Below the pieces are notes generated by a model that had not been told where the DNA came from, ran no database searches, and worked only from the letters and a program-made list of their open reading frames with translations. A stretch of 64,000 nt of DNA. It comes from the human T2T-CHM13v2.0 reference genome, Homo sapiens. A program made the translations under genes and the position numbers. The stretch lies in the NCBI RefSeq assembly GCF_009914755.1, contig NC_060927.1. The stretch is one strand, 5' to 3'. Shown one piece after another: positions 18,101 to 30,622 of the stretch (position 1 is its first letter; each line of letters starts with the position of its first letter).

Positions 18101-20945
18101 GCTGACGCTACTCACCCAGCAATAAAAAAGTGGGCAGTATATTTATTGCATAACCTAAGAATGTCTGGATTAGAAGAAACAGAGGTTAAGGTGAGAAACT
18201 TTCTCATAAACCAGTATAAGCTTGGAATCTGAATTTTAACAGATTCTCTGTGTATTCTGAAATAGCTGGTGTAAAGTCTAATGTTGAGAATGGTTGCCTT
18301 AGACTTCCTTCTATGAACATATCACTCAACTGGAGTTCTGAAAGGAGCCAATTAGCAGTCACTTCAAGGACACATTGTCACAAGAGCCTGGTGTGCTGCT
18401 GCTATTTTCTGTTGTTGAGGAAAGAACGATCCATATGCTTTGGCTACCACACTCTCAGTTGGCAAGGTCAACATTCTATTTTTAAAAGTTTTGAAGGCTG
18501 ACTTCATTCAGCTGGAGGGTCATCTCAACGACTGTTTTCCTCTGTTGACGTTGCACTGTGATAGATTTGTGCAGCATAGTGAAGACACAATCTTTGTCCT
18601 TGAGAAGGTAGAGCACTGTCAACATGGGCAGATGAGATTTACATACTTTGAAACAATTGAAGAACAACAAAAGACTGCATGATGAAGGGCCAGATTGTGT
18701 GGTATGGCTCAGTTAATTATGAGAACTCAGGGAAGGAATATGATGAAGCCTAGCGAGAGAAGGCTTTGCAAAGCTCAGTTAGCCCTGAATGTTAACAGAG
18801 GCAGAAGAAGATAACATTGAGGAAATAAAATAACTTCAGAAAAGGCTGAGAGACAAAAATGGTATTTTCAGAAAATTCAAGGAGTCAACAGAGTGTTCAT
18901 ATTAGTTTATTCATGCATTATTTTATTCTTGTTTTGGTAGTCCACTACTCGCATATACTCTTCTAAGAATCCAGAATACAAAGAGGAGTAAGATAGGATC
19001 CTTATTGTCTGAGATGAAGAGTTTAATTTTAGCTGGGATAGGATTTGTATATGTTGAAAATGGAGATGATGTTTATGGTAGAGGAATAATGGGAGCAAAG
19101 GCAGTAAAGCTCACAGAGCAGACAATGAATGGTGATTGTGGATTAAAATGCAAAAGGGGTCTGATAAAAGAAACTGCAGAAATGAGACTACATAGGTGTT
19201 TTGTTTCATGTTGTGAGGAGTCACAAATACCATAATTCAACATTATTATGAATATTAAGAAATATAATGAGGGCAAAGGAGAAATAGGGAATGTCAGTTG
19301 AAGTAATTTGGAAATAATCCTTGGAGTGTGGAAATAACTAAAGGAACAATATAAAAGCAACATTCTTAAAGATTAAACTAGAGAATGTAAGCACAAGGAA
19401 CAAAATACAGGTTAGAGTGTAGCCTGGAAAGATGTCTAGGAGGCATCACAAAAAGCCAGGACTAATGTGGCAAGGAGACTAAAGTTAAAAGAATTGAGAA
19501 GAGATCCTTTGGGATGAATAATCTATGAGATTTGTGAGTGATTTGATAAACATTAAGAATTGAATTGACTCAAGTTCATTCCCAGGTACTCAAGTCTAGT
19601 TTTTATTCAACTTTCTGTGTCGGACAAAAATAAGGAAGTCTTTCGGGAAGTAAAATTGTGAGTTCAATCTTAAACATCAAGGGCACATGCACATGGGGTG
19701 AGATTCCATCTTCAGTGCTAATATTTGTCTATATCTGAATTAACTACCTATGAAAGCTACATCTCACACTTGCACTTAGTTTTCCATTTTCTAAATCTCA
19801 TGGTTCACCAGACTACAATTTAATCTTTAAAGATAAAGTAAAATTGAAAGTGAAATTCTTTGTTATTTTGTTAATGTTCTAAACTACAGTGAGTCAAATC
19901 CAGGAGGGAGGTTTAAGTGGGTTGAATGAAAGAATCTCCAAAAGTGATCACAGCTAGAAGCATTTCTCAGGAAAGAGTAAAGACCTCACGGATGGTCCAA
20001 CCATCTGTGCAAGGTCTGAAATAAGAAGCACATGTTAACTATTTAAAGTGCCTGGGAGTGTGATTCTTAATAACAAGACCAGGTGACTGCTAACAAGCCC
20101 AGGTGAGAAAAGTAAACAAGCTATGACTCAAACCCAGTCTACCTATTGAATTACGAACTTGCTTCCGAAGAACCAGACAGAGAGTCCTAAACCGGTCAAA
20201 AGCAAAGCAGGAATTTTAGACACTTTGAGACTACTTCACAATATAAATGCTGGTATCACAGTGAATTCCATTTTCCAAAGACTAGAGAAAGCACTATGGG
20301 CCAGAAAGTGCTGTTCCCTTCTCTTTCCAAGCCAGGACCCACAGGAGCCACTAGAAGTGAACGTAGAAAGTGAAACAAGTGGAAGAATAGCATTAATTTT
20401 CTGAGTTAATGAAGAACATTCAAAATCCCCATGGGTCCCGGCGATCATTCTGGTTCTAACACTGAGACAAGACAAAAGAACTTAAAGCTTAAGTCGGTGT
20501 AGTTTGGTCAGACAAAAGCTTCAGTGTAGATACAAGCTTGGCTTCCTGTGCCCAGGCCACCGCCAGCTAGTCTGGGGTAAACTTTAAAACTTAAAACAGC
20601 TGTTATCTGAAAATGTGTCTGTTTCTTTATGTTTGTCCTTTCACTTGGGGCTTTGTTTTGTTTTCCTTTTACTTTTCCAATAAACTTCCCCTTGAAAATG
20701 TTCCACCTTGTGATTAGAAAGCTGGAGGGCACAGGCAGGGTGGTGGCAGCTGCCATCTCAGCTGGATAACACTCCCTCCCCTTCTTTTTCCCTAGCAGCT
20801 GATGAGGCTGAGGCTGAAACAGACAAGAGGTGAAACCCCTGGAGGAGAGACAGACAGCTGTGATCACTGGTTTCTTTCTGCCTGAGGTGTTCTCTCACTG
20901 TAAGGCAACAGTACCTATTTAATGTTAGGTATAGTACATATAATA

Positions 20946-21040
20946 TTTTGTGTTAAAGACTAAGAAACTGTGCAGTATCCACTGATAATTTCACTACTGA
21001 TGAACTGAATACTGCACAGTTTCTTAGTTTTAACACAAAA
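20946..21040. repeat. Long near-perfect inverted repeat (35-bp stem, 24-nt loop)
   Basis: Arms ttttgtgttaaagactaagaaactgtgcagtatcca and tgaatactgcacagtttcttagttttaacacaaaa; one bulge and one mismatch. Confidence 0.95.
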
Positions 21041-23299
21041 CAACTATTGCTTTTGAACTTGTTATTCAAATAATCTGCACCAAAAATAGTGATATTACAT
21101 ATAAACTACATATAAACGATATTGCTAGAATAATGTGTTCTAACATAACATTTTGCCTCAAGCAAATTGCATTCCAGCATATTTATTTCCAATTTCAAGT
21201 CACGCTGGGAAGGAATATACATCCCTGGGCACTCTATAACCCCAAGTACAACGCATACAGAGAAAACCCTGAAAGTAGTACTCAGTTTCTTCCATTCGTC
21301 TGTTGTGCATTGTTGTTATGTGCCTTTATGAAAATCAGAAGTAGCTAGATTTCAGTGTTAGCACAGAGATTATAGGTAAAGTTATTTCTGCATGTTGGTT
21401 GGATGGGGTTTTAGTTGAGCCAACTTTCCCCTGATCTCAATGCAAGTGTTGCCTGAGAGAAGGTGCTAGAATTAAGCCTCATAGTTTACAAACACTTGGA
21501 CTGTTTTTTTAAAATCAAATATATTCACGTTCTATTTCAAACTGCTGTGACTCTTCCATGCACTAAACTATTATTGACTTTGGAGGTAATGCGGGACATG
21601 GAAAAGATGGGAAAAATCCGAAGCAAATTGAAGATCTAGCCAATATCATTATGCGTGAAAGAGCAAATGCTAAAGCCTTTTTTTTAAGAGCAGAGTCTAA
21701 TGCATGTCTTGACTATTTGCTCCACTGAGAAATTGAATATTGAGAAATCAATCTTGTAGCTTTACATGAGCTGAGGTTTATGGAATGGGACTGAGCCAAG
21801 CTGATATTGCCTGATTTATTTTGCATATAACCTTTTTAATCCTACAAATATGAAACGCAACATTGAAAGCATTCACTGTTCAATAAAGACTTCTATTGCT
21901 TAGAGAAATAGTCAATAAACATCATATCCTTTCTGAGCCAAGATATTATCATTAAAGCCTCTTGAGACTCAGGCTGCCCACACAACCTTTTGGCATAGCT
22001 TCTTAAAATAATCACAAAATGCCTAATAATAAAAATTAGACTATATATCAATACAATCAAGAAAAATGCCATGTCATTTTATAGGTCATTCCCTTGCTGG
22101 AGGAGGGGACATTAGCATGATTTTTTGGATGGTATAAATGGTAAAGGGGTTCAAGGGAGAATATAAGAACACGTCATCCGAAAATGAAATCAGCATCTTC
22201 TTTGGGGCTCAGCAAGAGAAATGGGGTTTTGTGATACCATATATAGCCTTCTCAAGAGGGAACATTACAAAAACACCAAAGGGCTTGACAGTTACGAGGG
22301 ATAGCTCCGCTGTTCAGATAGAGCCCTCCATAAAAGGTGTAACTAACTCATAAACGTGACCCTCCTCTGGGAGCTTCATGTCTATAGGAGAGCTGGACAA
22401 ACTCAAGTGACACCACATACCACATAGAGTCTTTCCTTGGATTTCAGGATATGTGGCTATAATTAGAGCTAAGCCCAAGCAGATACCAACATATGCAGTG
22501 TAATTGCAACAATTACTGAAGAAACTATCATTAACCGAAAGTTTTTGTGAAGGCTATGTGTTCTAGATAGAGTTTTGAATGAAAAGGACCATAGTTCACA
22601 ATGAAGAGAACATGTCAGACTAGAGGAATTTAACATGTGAAAGGTCAAAGTCAAGGATGATAAATTCAGAGTTGGAGAACAGCTAATAGATGGGGGATGA
22701 AAACTAAAAGAGGTAAGAAGGAGAAATTAGTAGAGGGCCTGCCTGGAAGCTTAATTAGACTAATAAATCACTAAGAATACTCTAAATATTTGTTAATTAT
22801 CAAATACACATTATATTCTATCATATTAATAAAAATAGTTCTCATTTATTGGATCCATGTCATTTCTCATGCAATGTGTACATTGTTTTGCACATATTAT
22901 CTCTTTTGACCATTTCAACACTGAAATAATATTATTTTTATTTACAGAATAGCAAACCGTATTCAGGGAAATTAAATAACTTCCCAAGGCATTTTGGTTT
23001 GATTAAAATAAACAATGAAGAAATGTAAAAGCTATTACTAGAGAGTGACAACAATCCAAAGACTCTAGAGGAAGATGCCCTGTTGTTACATTTGGGCTAG
23101 ATCAGAGGAGAGCAAGAGGCTTGGGAAAAGAATCTTCTAGTAGTTCAAACATGAAGTGAATGTTGTGCACTGTACCTGGAAAGGCATGATCTGAGAAATG
23201 GCAGGGCGAAAACAGCAAGGGCATTGAACCACTAGTCTAAGCAACAGTTAAAGCTTATAAACTGGTCCATAACTCACCATACAGAATGTTTGCTCTAAA

Positions 23300-23560
23300 A
23301 ATCTTATAGCATAATGGTTCAAGGCACAGGTTCAGAACTAAGCTTTCCTAGGCTTGAGTTTTGTCTCTTCCCAATGCATACTTTGACATTTTTGTCAAGT
23401 TATTGGGTTTCTCTAATTCTTAGTTTTCTCCTCATAAAATATTTATTATCATTAATAAGCCTTATCCCATGGTACTGTGGTAAAAATTAAATTAGATCTT
23501 TCATGTAAAATGCAGAACACAGGGCTGATTCAGATGAAATGTATTGATAAATGTCAGATA
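23300..23560 (+). mobile_element. MIR SINE
   Basis: tatagcataatggttcaaggcacagg...caagttattgggtttctctaattcttagttttctcctcataaaat. Confidence 0.65.
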
Positions 23561-24703
23561 ATACTGATATACTATAACTTCAAATCCTCCTCTCCTTTCT
23601 ATATATTAGTGCCTAGAAAAACACACTGTCTATTCTTCCCTCCTTCTCTAAATTCAGTGTCTTTCACAAGTTTTTGTATATGTGGCTACTCTGGTGTGCA
23701 AACAAAAAAAAAAAAGAAAAAAACATTTTGTAAATCACGAGAAGAAAAAACTTACACCATGATCATGTGTGAGTACATGTGCACACACATACACATGCAG
23801 GCACATACACATTTCATGAAAATATACTTAATGCCATTAAGAATTGGTATTCTATTCTAATCTATGCTCTTTTATTTCTTTCTTTTCAAAAATAATGGTT
23901 GTGACTCACCAAAGTGACTTTATGACTCACCCATGGGTGTCAATCACAGTTTGAAAAATACTTCTAAATCTCTCCTTGCGTTAAGAAAGATTATTAGAGG
24001 GTTGTGAATCTGCATCTCGTTGTCTAGCCCCTCATAGACTTTTTTTTTAATTTTACTTAGGTATTATGCTATTTTACTACTTTCAGGGGCATTATAAAAA
24101 TCAGTCTCATGACAAGAAATAACTAGTGTTGTTGAAGATATGGGAAAAGGGAACCCTTGTACAGTTTGGTGACAACGTAAATTGGTATAGCCATTATGGA
24201 AAACAATATGAAGTTCCTCAAAAAACTTAAACATAGAGCTACCAGATGATCCACGAGTTTCACTTCTGGGTATAGGTCTAAAGGAATTAAGTTACTATTT
24301 TGAAGAGGTATCTGCACATGCCCATGTTCATTACAGTATTGTTCACAATAGACGAGATATAGGAACGATCTTAGTGTCCATCAGTGAATGAATTTTTAAA
24401 TGTAGTATAATTACACAGTAAAATATTATTCAAACAGGTTCATCCATGCTGCCATTTGCAACAACATGGATGAACCTGGAAAGAATTACGCTAAGTAAAA
24501 TAACTCAAAAAGAGAAAGAAAAACTATGACATCACTTATATGTGGAATCTTAAAAAAAAAAAACAGTCAAACTCACAGAAACAGAGTAAAATGATGGTTA
24601 CCAATGGTGCATGGGGTAGATGAGGAGATGTTAGTCAAAGAGTCCAAACTTTCAGTTTCTGAGGATCTAATGTTTAATATGGTGGCTACAGTTAACACTA
24701 TAG

Positions 24704-24983
<280 letters not shown>

Positions 24984-25003
24984 AATTTTTAACACTCACA
25001 ATT

Positions 25004-25118
25004 TAGCCTCGTGAAACACGAGGCCTCAGAAATTGGATAAAGACTCATAACTGTTCCTCCCCATGGAAATCTTTAATAAAAGGCGAAAGATTTACATGAT
25101 CTGAAGAGAAACAAGAGT
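25004..25118 (-). pseudogene. RNU5: U5 snRNA retro-pseudogene, essentially full length
   Basis: Minus strand actcttgtttctcttcagatcatgtaaatctttcgccttttattaaagatttccatggggaggaacagttatgagtctttatccaatttctgaggcctcgtgtttcacgaggcta aligns to human U5 (loop 1 GCCTTTTAy, Sm-site remnant, 3' stem-loop). No upstream PSE context; it lies inside a TSD. Confidence 0.93.
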
Positions 25119-25626
25119 TATGCATGGATTTTTTAAAATAAATATACCAATTTTTTTTGGAGATTTACAACAGTTTGAAGAAACTTGCAGGGTAACCATG
25201 ACCCCTGAGACAATAAGACTAACCCCTGCTCTTCTTCCTCCTCCTCAGCCTACTCAATGTGAAGACAATGAGGATGAAGATCCTCATGATGATCAACTTC
25301 CACTTAGTGAATAATAAATATATATATATATATTATCTTTCTTATGGTTTTTCTTAATAACATTTCCTTTTCTCTACTTACTTTATGTAAGAATATGGTA
25401 AAATATTCTAATAACCAAAATACATATAACAATACATATAAGAAAAGAATACATATCAGAAAAAAATATGTGTGAACTGACTGTTCACATTATCTGTAAA
25501 TCTTCTGGTCAACAGTAGCCTATTAGTGGTTAAGTTGTGGGGGAGTCAAATGTTATATACAGATTTTGATTTGTGAGTTCCCCTAACCCCTAAGTTGCTC
25601 TGGAGTCCACTGTACTGTGTTGTATA

Positions 25627-28004
25627 CTGGTATATCTCACAGATACACGGATTTGTATTCAGATTACCACAATAAAGAGTATATCATTTAAAGCAAGTCA
25701 CATGAATTTTTTGGTTTTGCAGTGCATATAGAAGTTATGTTTACACTATATTGCAGTTCATTACGTGTGCAATATAATTATGTGTGAAATGAAAATGTAT
25801 GTATATATCTTAATTAAAAATACTTTGTTGCTAAAAATGCTAATAATAATCTGAGCCTTCAGTGAGTCACAATCTTTGCTGGTGGAGGGTCTTGCCTCAA
25901 TGTTTGATGGCTGCTGACTGATCAGAGAGGTGGTAGCTGAAGATTGAGGTGGCTGTGGCAATTTCTTAAAGTAAATAACAATGAAGGTTGCCATATCAAT
26001 TGACTTTTCCTTTCACAAAATATTTCTCTGAAGCATTCACGCTGTTTGGGAGCATTTTGTCCACAGTAGAACTTCTTTCAACATTGAAGTCAATTCTCTC
26101 AAAGCCTGCCACTGCTTTATCAACTAAGTTTACGTAATATCCTAAATCCTTTGTAGTCATTTCAACAATGTTCACAGCATCTTCATCCAGGAGTAAATTC
26201 CGTCTCAGAAAGTAAAAACCACTTTCTCTGCTGACCCCCATGAAGCAACTCCTCATTTGCTAAAGTTTTATCATAAGGTGATTATCATTAATTCAGTCAC
26301 ATCATCAGATTCCACTTCTAATGCCAGTTCTCTTGCTCTTTACACCACATCTGCAGAGACTTCCTCCACTGAAGTCTTGAGCCCCTCAAAGTCATCCATG
26401 AAAATTAAAATCAACTTCTTTCGAACTTGTTTATGTTGATATTTTGACCTCCTTCAATGAGTCATGAATGCTATGATATCTAGGATGGTGAATCCTTTTC
26501 AGATCCATCAAAGGAATCATTATCTATGACAGTTATAGCCTTACCAACTTTATTACCTAAATAATAAGGCTTGCAAGTCGAAATTACTCCTTGATGCTCA
26601 GACTGCAGAATAGATGTTGCATTAGCAAGGATAAAAACAACATTAATCTCCTTGTACATCTCTCTCAGAGCTCTTGGATGACTAGGTGAATTCCTGATGA
26701 GCAATAATATTTAAAAGAAATATATTTGTCTGAGCAGTAGATCTAAACAGTGGGCTTAAGGTATTCAGTAAACCATGCTGCAGATAGATGTGCTGTCATC
26801 CAGGCTTTGTTGTTCCATTTATAAAGCACAGACAGAGTATATTTGGCATAATTCTTAAGGGGCCTAGGATTTTCAGAATGGTAAACAAGTATCGGGTTCC
26901 ACTGAATGTCACCAGCTGCATTAGCCCTTAACAAGAGAGTCAGCCTGTTCTTTGAAGCTTTGAAACCAGGCATTGACTTCTCCTCTATAGCTACAGAAGT
27001 CTTAGATGGCATCTTCTTCCAATATAAGGCCATGTCTTCTTCATTGAAAATCTGTTATTTAGTGTAGCCACCTTCATCAATTATCTTAGCTGGATCTTCT
27101 GGATAACTTGCAGCAGCTTCTACATCAGAACTTGTTCCTTCCCTTGTATTTTTCTTAAACCTCATAAACTAACCTTTGCTAGCTTCAAACTTTCCTTCTG
27201 TAACTTCCTCGCCTCTCTCAGCCTTCACAGAATTGAAGAGAGTTAGGGAATTGCTCTGGATTAGGCTATGGCTTAAAGAAGTGCTGTGGCTGGTCTGGGT
27301 TTCTATGAGGACCTCTGATATTCTCATATCTGTCAGAAGGCTGTTCTGCTTTCTTATAATTTGTGTGTTCAGTGGAGTAGCAATTTTAATTTCCCTCAAG
27401 AACTTTTCCTTTGTATTTACAACTTGGCTATTTGGTATAAGAGGTCTAGCTTTTCATTTGCCTTGGCTTTCAACATACCTTCTTTACTAAGCTTAGTCCT
27501 TTCTTGATTTTGATTTAAGAAAATTTGAGACATGTGAGTTTTCATTTCACTTGAACACTCAGAGGCCATTGTAGGGTTGTTAAGTGACCTAATTTCAATA
27601 TTACTGTGTCTCAGGAAATGGAGAGGTCTGAGAAGGAGCAGGATGGGGAAAGGCCACGTGGTGGAGCAGTCAAAACACACACAACATTTATCAATTAAGT
27701 TCACCATCGTATATGGCTGGGGTTCATGGCAACCCAAAACAATTTAATAGTAACATCAAAAAACACAAAGATCAAAGATCACTGATCACAGATCACCCTA
27801 ACAAATATAATGATAATAAAAAAATTTGAAATATTGTAAGAATTGCCAAAATGTGACACACAGACATGAAGCAAGCGCATGCTATTGGAAAAAGGGTGCG
27901 AATAAAGTTGCTCAATGCAATGGTTGTCACAAACCATTTTGTAATAGAAGTGCAATATCTGCAGAGCAATATAAAGTGACATGCAATAAAATGAGGTATG
28001 CCAG
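25627..28004 (-). mobile_element. Tigger1 DNA transposon, near full length, defective transposase
   Basis: TIRs ctggtatatctc and gaggtatgccag, with TA on both sides. Minus-strand ORF fragments are Tigger1/pogo transposase (LYWKKMPS...[13 protein letters not shown]...[11 protein letters not shown]). Confidence 0.95.
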
Positions 28005-28271
28005 TATAAGAAAAAACTTTCAAAACAAGACATAAAACTTCCAAGCTGTAAACAATTTTCAATGCATTGTACTGCCCTGAAATTAGAAACATCATACAGT
28101 TAAAAATAAGCCATAGACTTTGAGAACATTTTTCCAATTATGCATAACTACAGAAGATCAACTGCCAGACTACATAAATAAATCATACAGATCACTAAGA
28201 AAGAGGTAAAGAAATCCAGTTAAAAAATGAGTAAATGTTATGATTAGGGGCTTTTGGAAAGAGGACACTCA

Positions 28272-28420
28272 ATTTTTGTTGTTGTTATTGGTGGTGGTGG
28301 TGGTAGAGACAAGGTCTCACTATGTTGTCCAGGCTAGTCTCGAACTCATGAGCTCAAGCAATTCTCCCATCTCAGCCTCCCAAAATGCTGGGATTACAGG
28401 TGTGAGCCACCGCCCCAGGA
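28272..28420 (-). mobile_element. Alu monomer (FLAM-like) with (TTG/TGG)n tail
   Basis: gtagagacaaggtctcactatgttgtccaggctagtctcgaactcatgagctcaagcaat...gtgagccaccgcccc. Confidence 0.85.
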
Positions 28421-29043
28421 CTAGAATGTTTTACTAAACATAAAAAGATGCCCAAATGTAATTGTAATTGGAGAAACACAAAGTAAAATATTGAGATATT
28501 TACACATAGACTAGAAAATAATTTATAAGTCTAACAATATCAACTGTTGATGACAATGTAAAGAAGCAAATACAACATATTGCAGAGTTTTTGTTTTAAC
28601 CACATGTGATAACAATTTGACAATCTGAAAAGATGTTAAACTAGCATGTATCTACATCTTATAGATTGGAGAAATGTGCTTCCAGATATAGCTGTATAGG
28701 TAGAGTAACACTCTCAAGTGTGCACACAGAAACATATAGATCATGTTCCATTTGACATTGCTTATTTTAGCAGAAAATTTTGACTGATCTAAATGTCCAT
28801 CAGAGAGGGAGTGGATAAATCAGTTGTGGCATATGCATACAGTGGAATCCTGTGCAATGGTTAAGTGAAGTACTGCAAAATGTATCAACATAGAAAAAAA
28901 TAAAAACAAGTTGCTGAATGATTTGAAGGGGGTTTTATTAGTTTTGAAGGACTGCCATAACAAAGTACAATGGATTGAATGGTTTAAACAACAGAAATTT
29001 ATTTTCTCATAGTTCCGTGTGCTAGAAGTACAAAGTCAATGTG

Positions 29044-29695
29044 TGATAGGGTTTGACTCTGTGTTTCCACCCAAATCTCATCTTGTAGCTCCCATGATTT
29101 CCACATGTTGTAGGAGGGACCCCGTGAGAGATGATTGAATCATGGGGGCGGGTCTTTCCCGTGCTGTTCTCATGATAGTGAATTAGTCTCTTGAGATTGA
29201 TGGCTTTAAAAACAGGAGTTTCCGGGCACAAGCTTTTTTTTTTTTTTTCTTTTTGTCTGCTGCCATCCACATAACATGTGACTTGTTCCTCCTTGTCTTC
29301 CACCGTGATTGTGAGGCCTCCCCAGCCATGAGGAACTGTAAGCCCAATAAACCTCTTTCGTTTGTATATTGCCCAGTCTTGGGTAACTCTTTATCAGCAG
29401 AGTTGCGGGAGGGAACTGGTGGGAGATGATTGAATCATGTAGGGGTCTTTCCTGTGCTGATAGTGAATGGTTCTCATAAGATCTTAGGGTTTTATAAATG
29501 GGAGTTTCCTTGCACAAGCTCTTTTTTTTTGGCCCACTGTCATCCAGGTAATATGTGACTTGCTTCTCCTTGCCTTCTGCCATGATTGTGAGGCCTCCCA
29601 GCCATGTGGAATTGTAAGTCCATAAACCTCTTTCTTTTGTAAATTGCTCAGTGTTGGGTATGTCTTTATCAGCAGCATGAAAACTGACTAATACA
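29044..29695 (+). mobile_element. THE1A-like MaLR: two LTR bodies fused head to tail inside one 5-bp TSD
   Basis: Starts tgatagggtttgactctgtg and ends gaaaactgactaataca. TSD atgtg at 29039-29043 and 29696-29700. The LTR body occurs twice, with the junction near 29400. Confidence 0.92.
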
Positions 29696-29842
29696 ATGTG
29701 TTGCAGGTTTGGTTTTTTTTCAAGGCCTTTCTCCTTGGCTGGCAGACAGCCCTGCCTCCTTGATGTATCCGCACATGGTCTTTCCACTGTATGTGTACAT
29801 CTTTGGTGTCTCTTTCTGTGTCCAAATTTCCTTTCCTTTCCT

Positions 29843-30131
<289 letters not shown>

Positions 30132-30321
30132 CAAATTTCCTTTGCTTATAAGGACACCAGTCAGGTTAGATTAGGGCCTAACCTAACAGCCTCGTTTTAA
30201 TTTAACCACCTTTTTAAAGACCCTATCTGGAAGTACAGTCACATTCTGAGATATGAGAGATTACCACTACAGCATATACAATTCTGGCGGTGAGGAGACA
30301 CAATTCAGATAACATTTATAA

Positions 30322-30622
<301 letters not shown>

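Noticed and set aside
18480-19700. Purine-rich stretch resembling a decayed L2
   Set aside because: Probably an old LINE2 relic, but too degenerate for me to place boundaries or confirm by eye.
25004-25118. Functional U5 snRNA gene
   Set aside because: The upstream sequence is Tigger2 rather than a PSE/DSE promoter, loop 1 and the Sm site are altered, and the copy sits inside a retrotransposition TSD.
25761-27737. Tigger transposase ORFs as a TIGD-like domesticated gene
   Set aside because: Broken into many short frames by stops, frameshifts and a deletion.
29206-29787. 193-aa minus-strand ORF
   Set aside because: Lies entirely within THE1/MLT1 LTR sequence; a chance frame.
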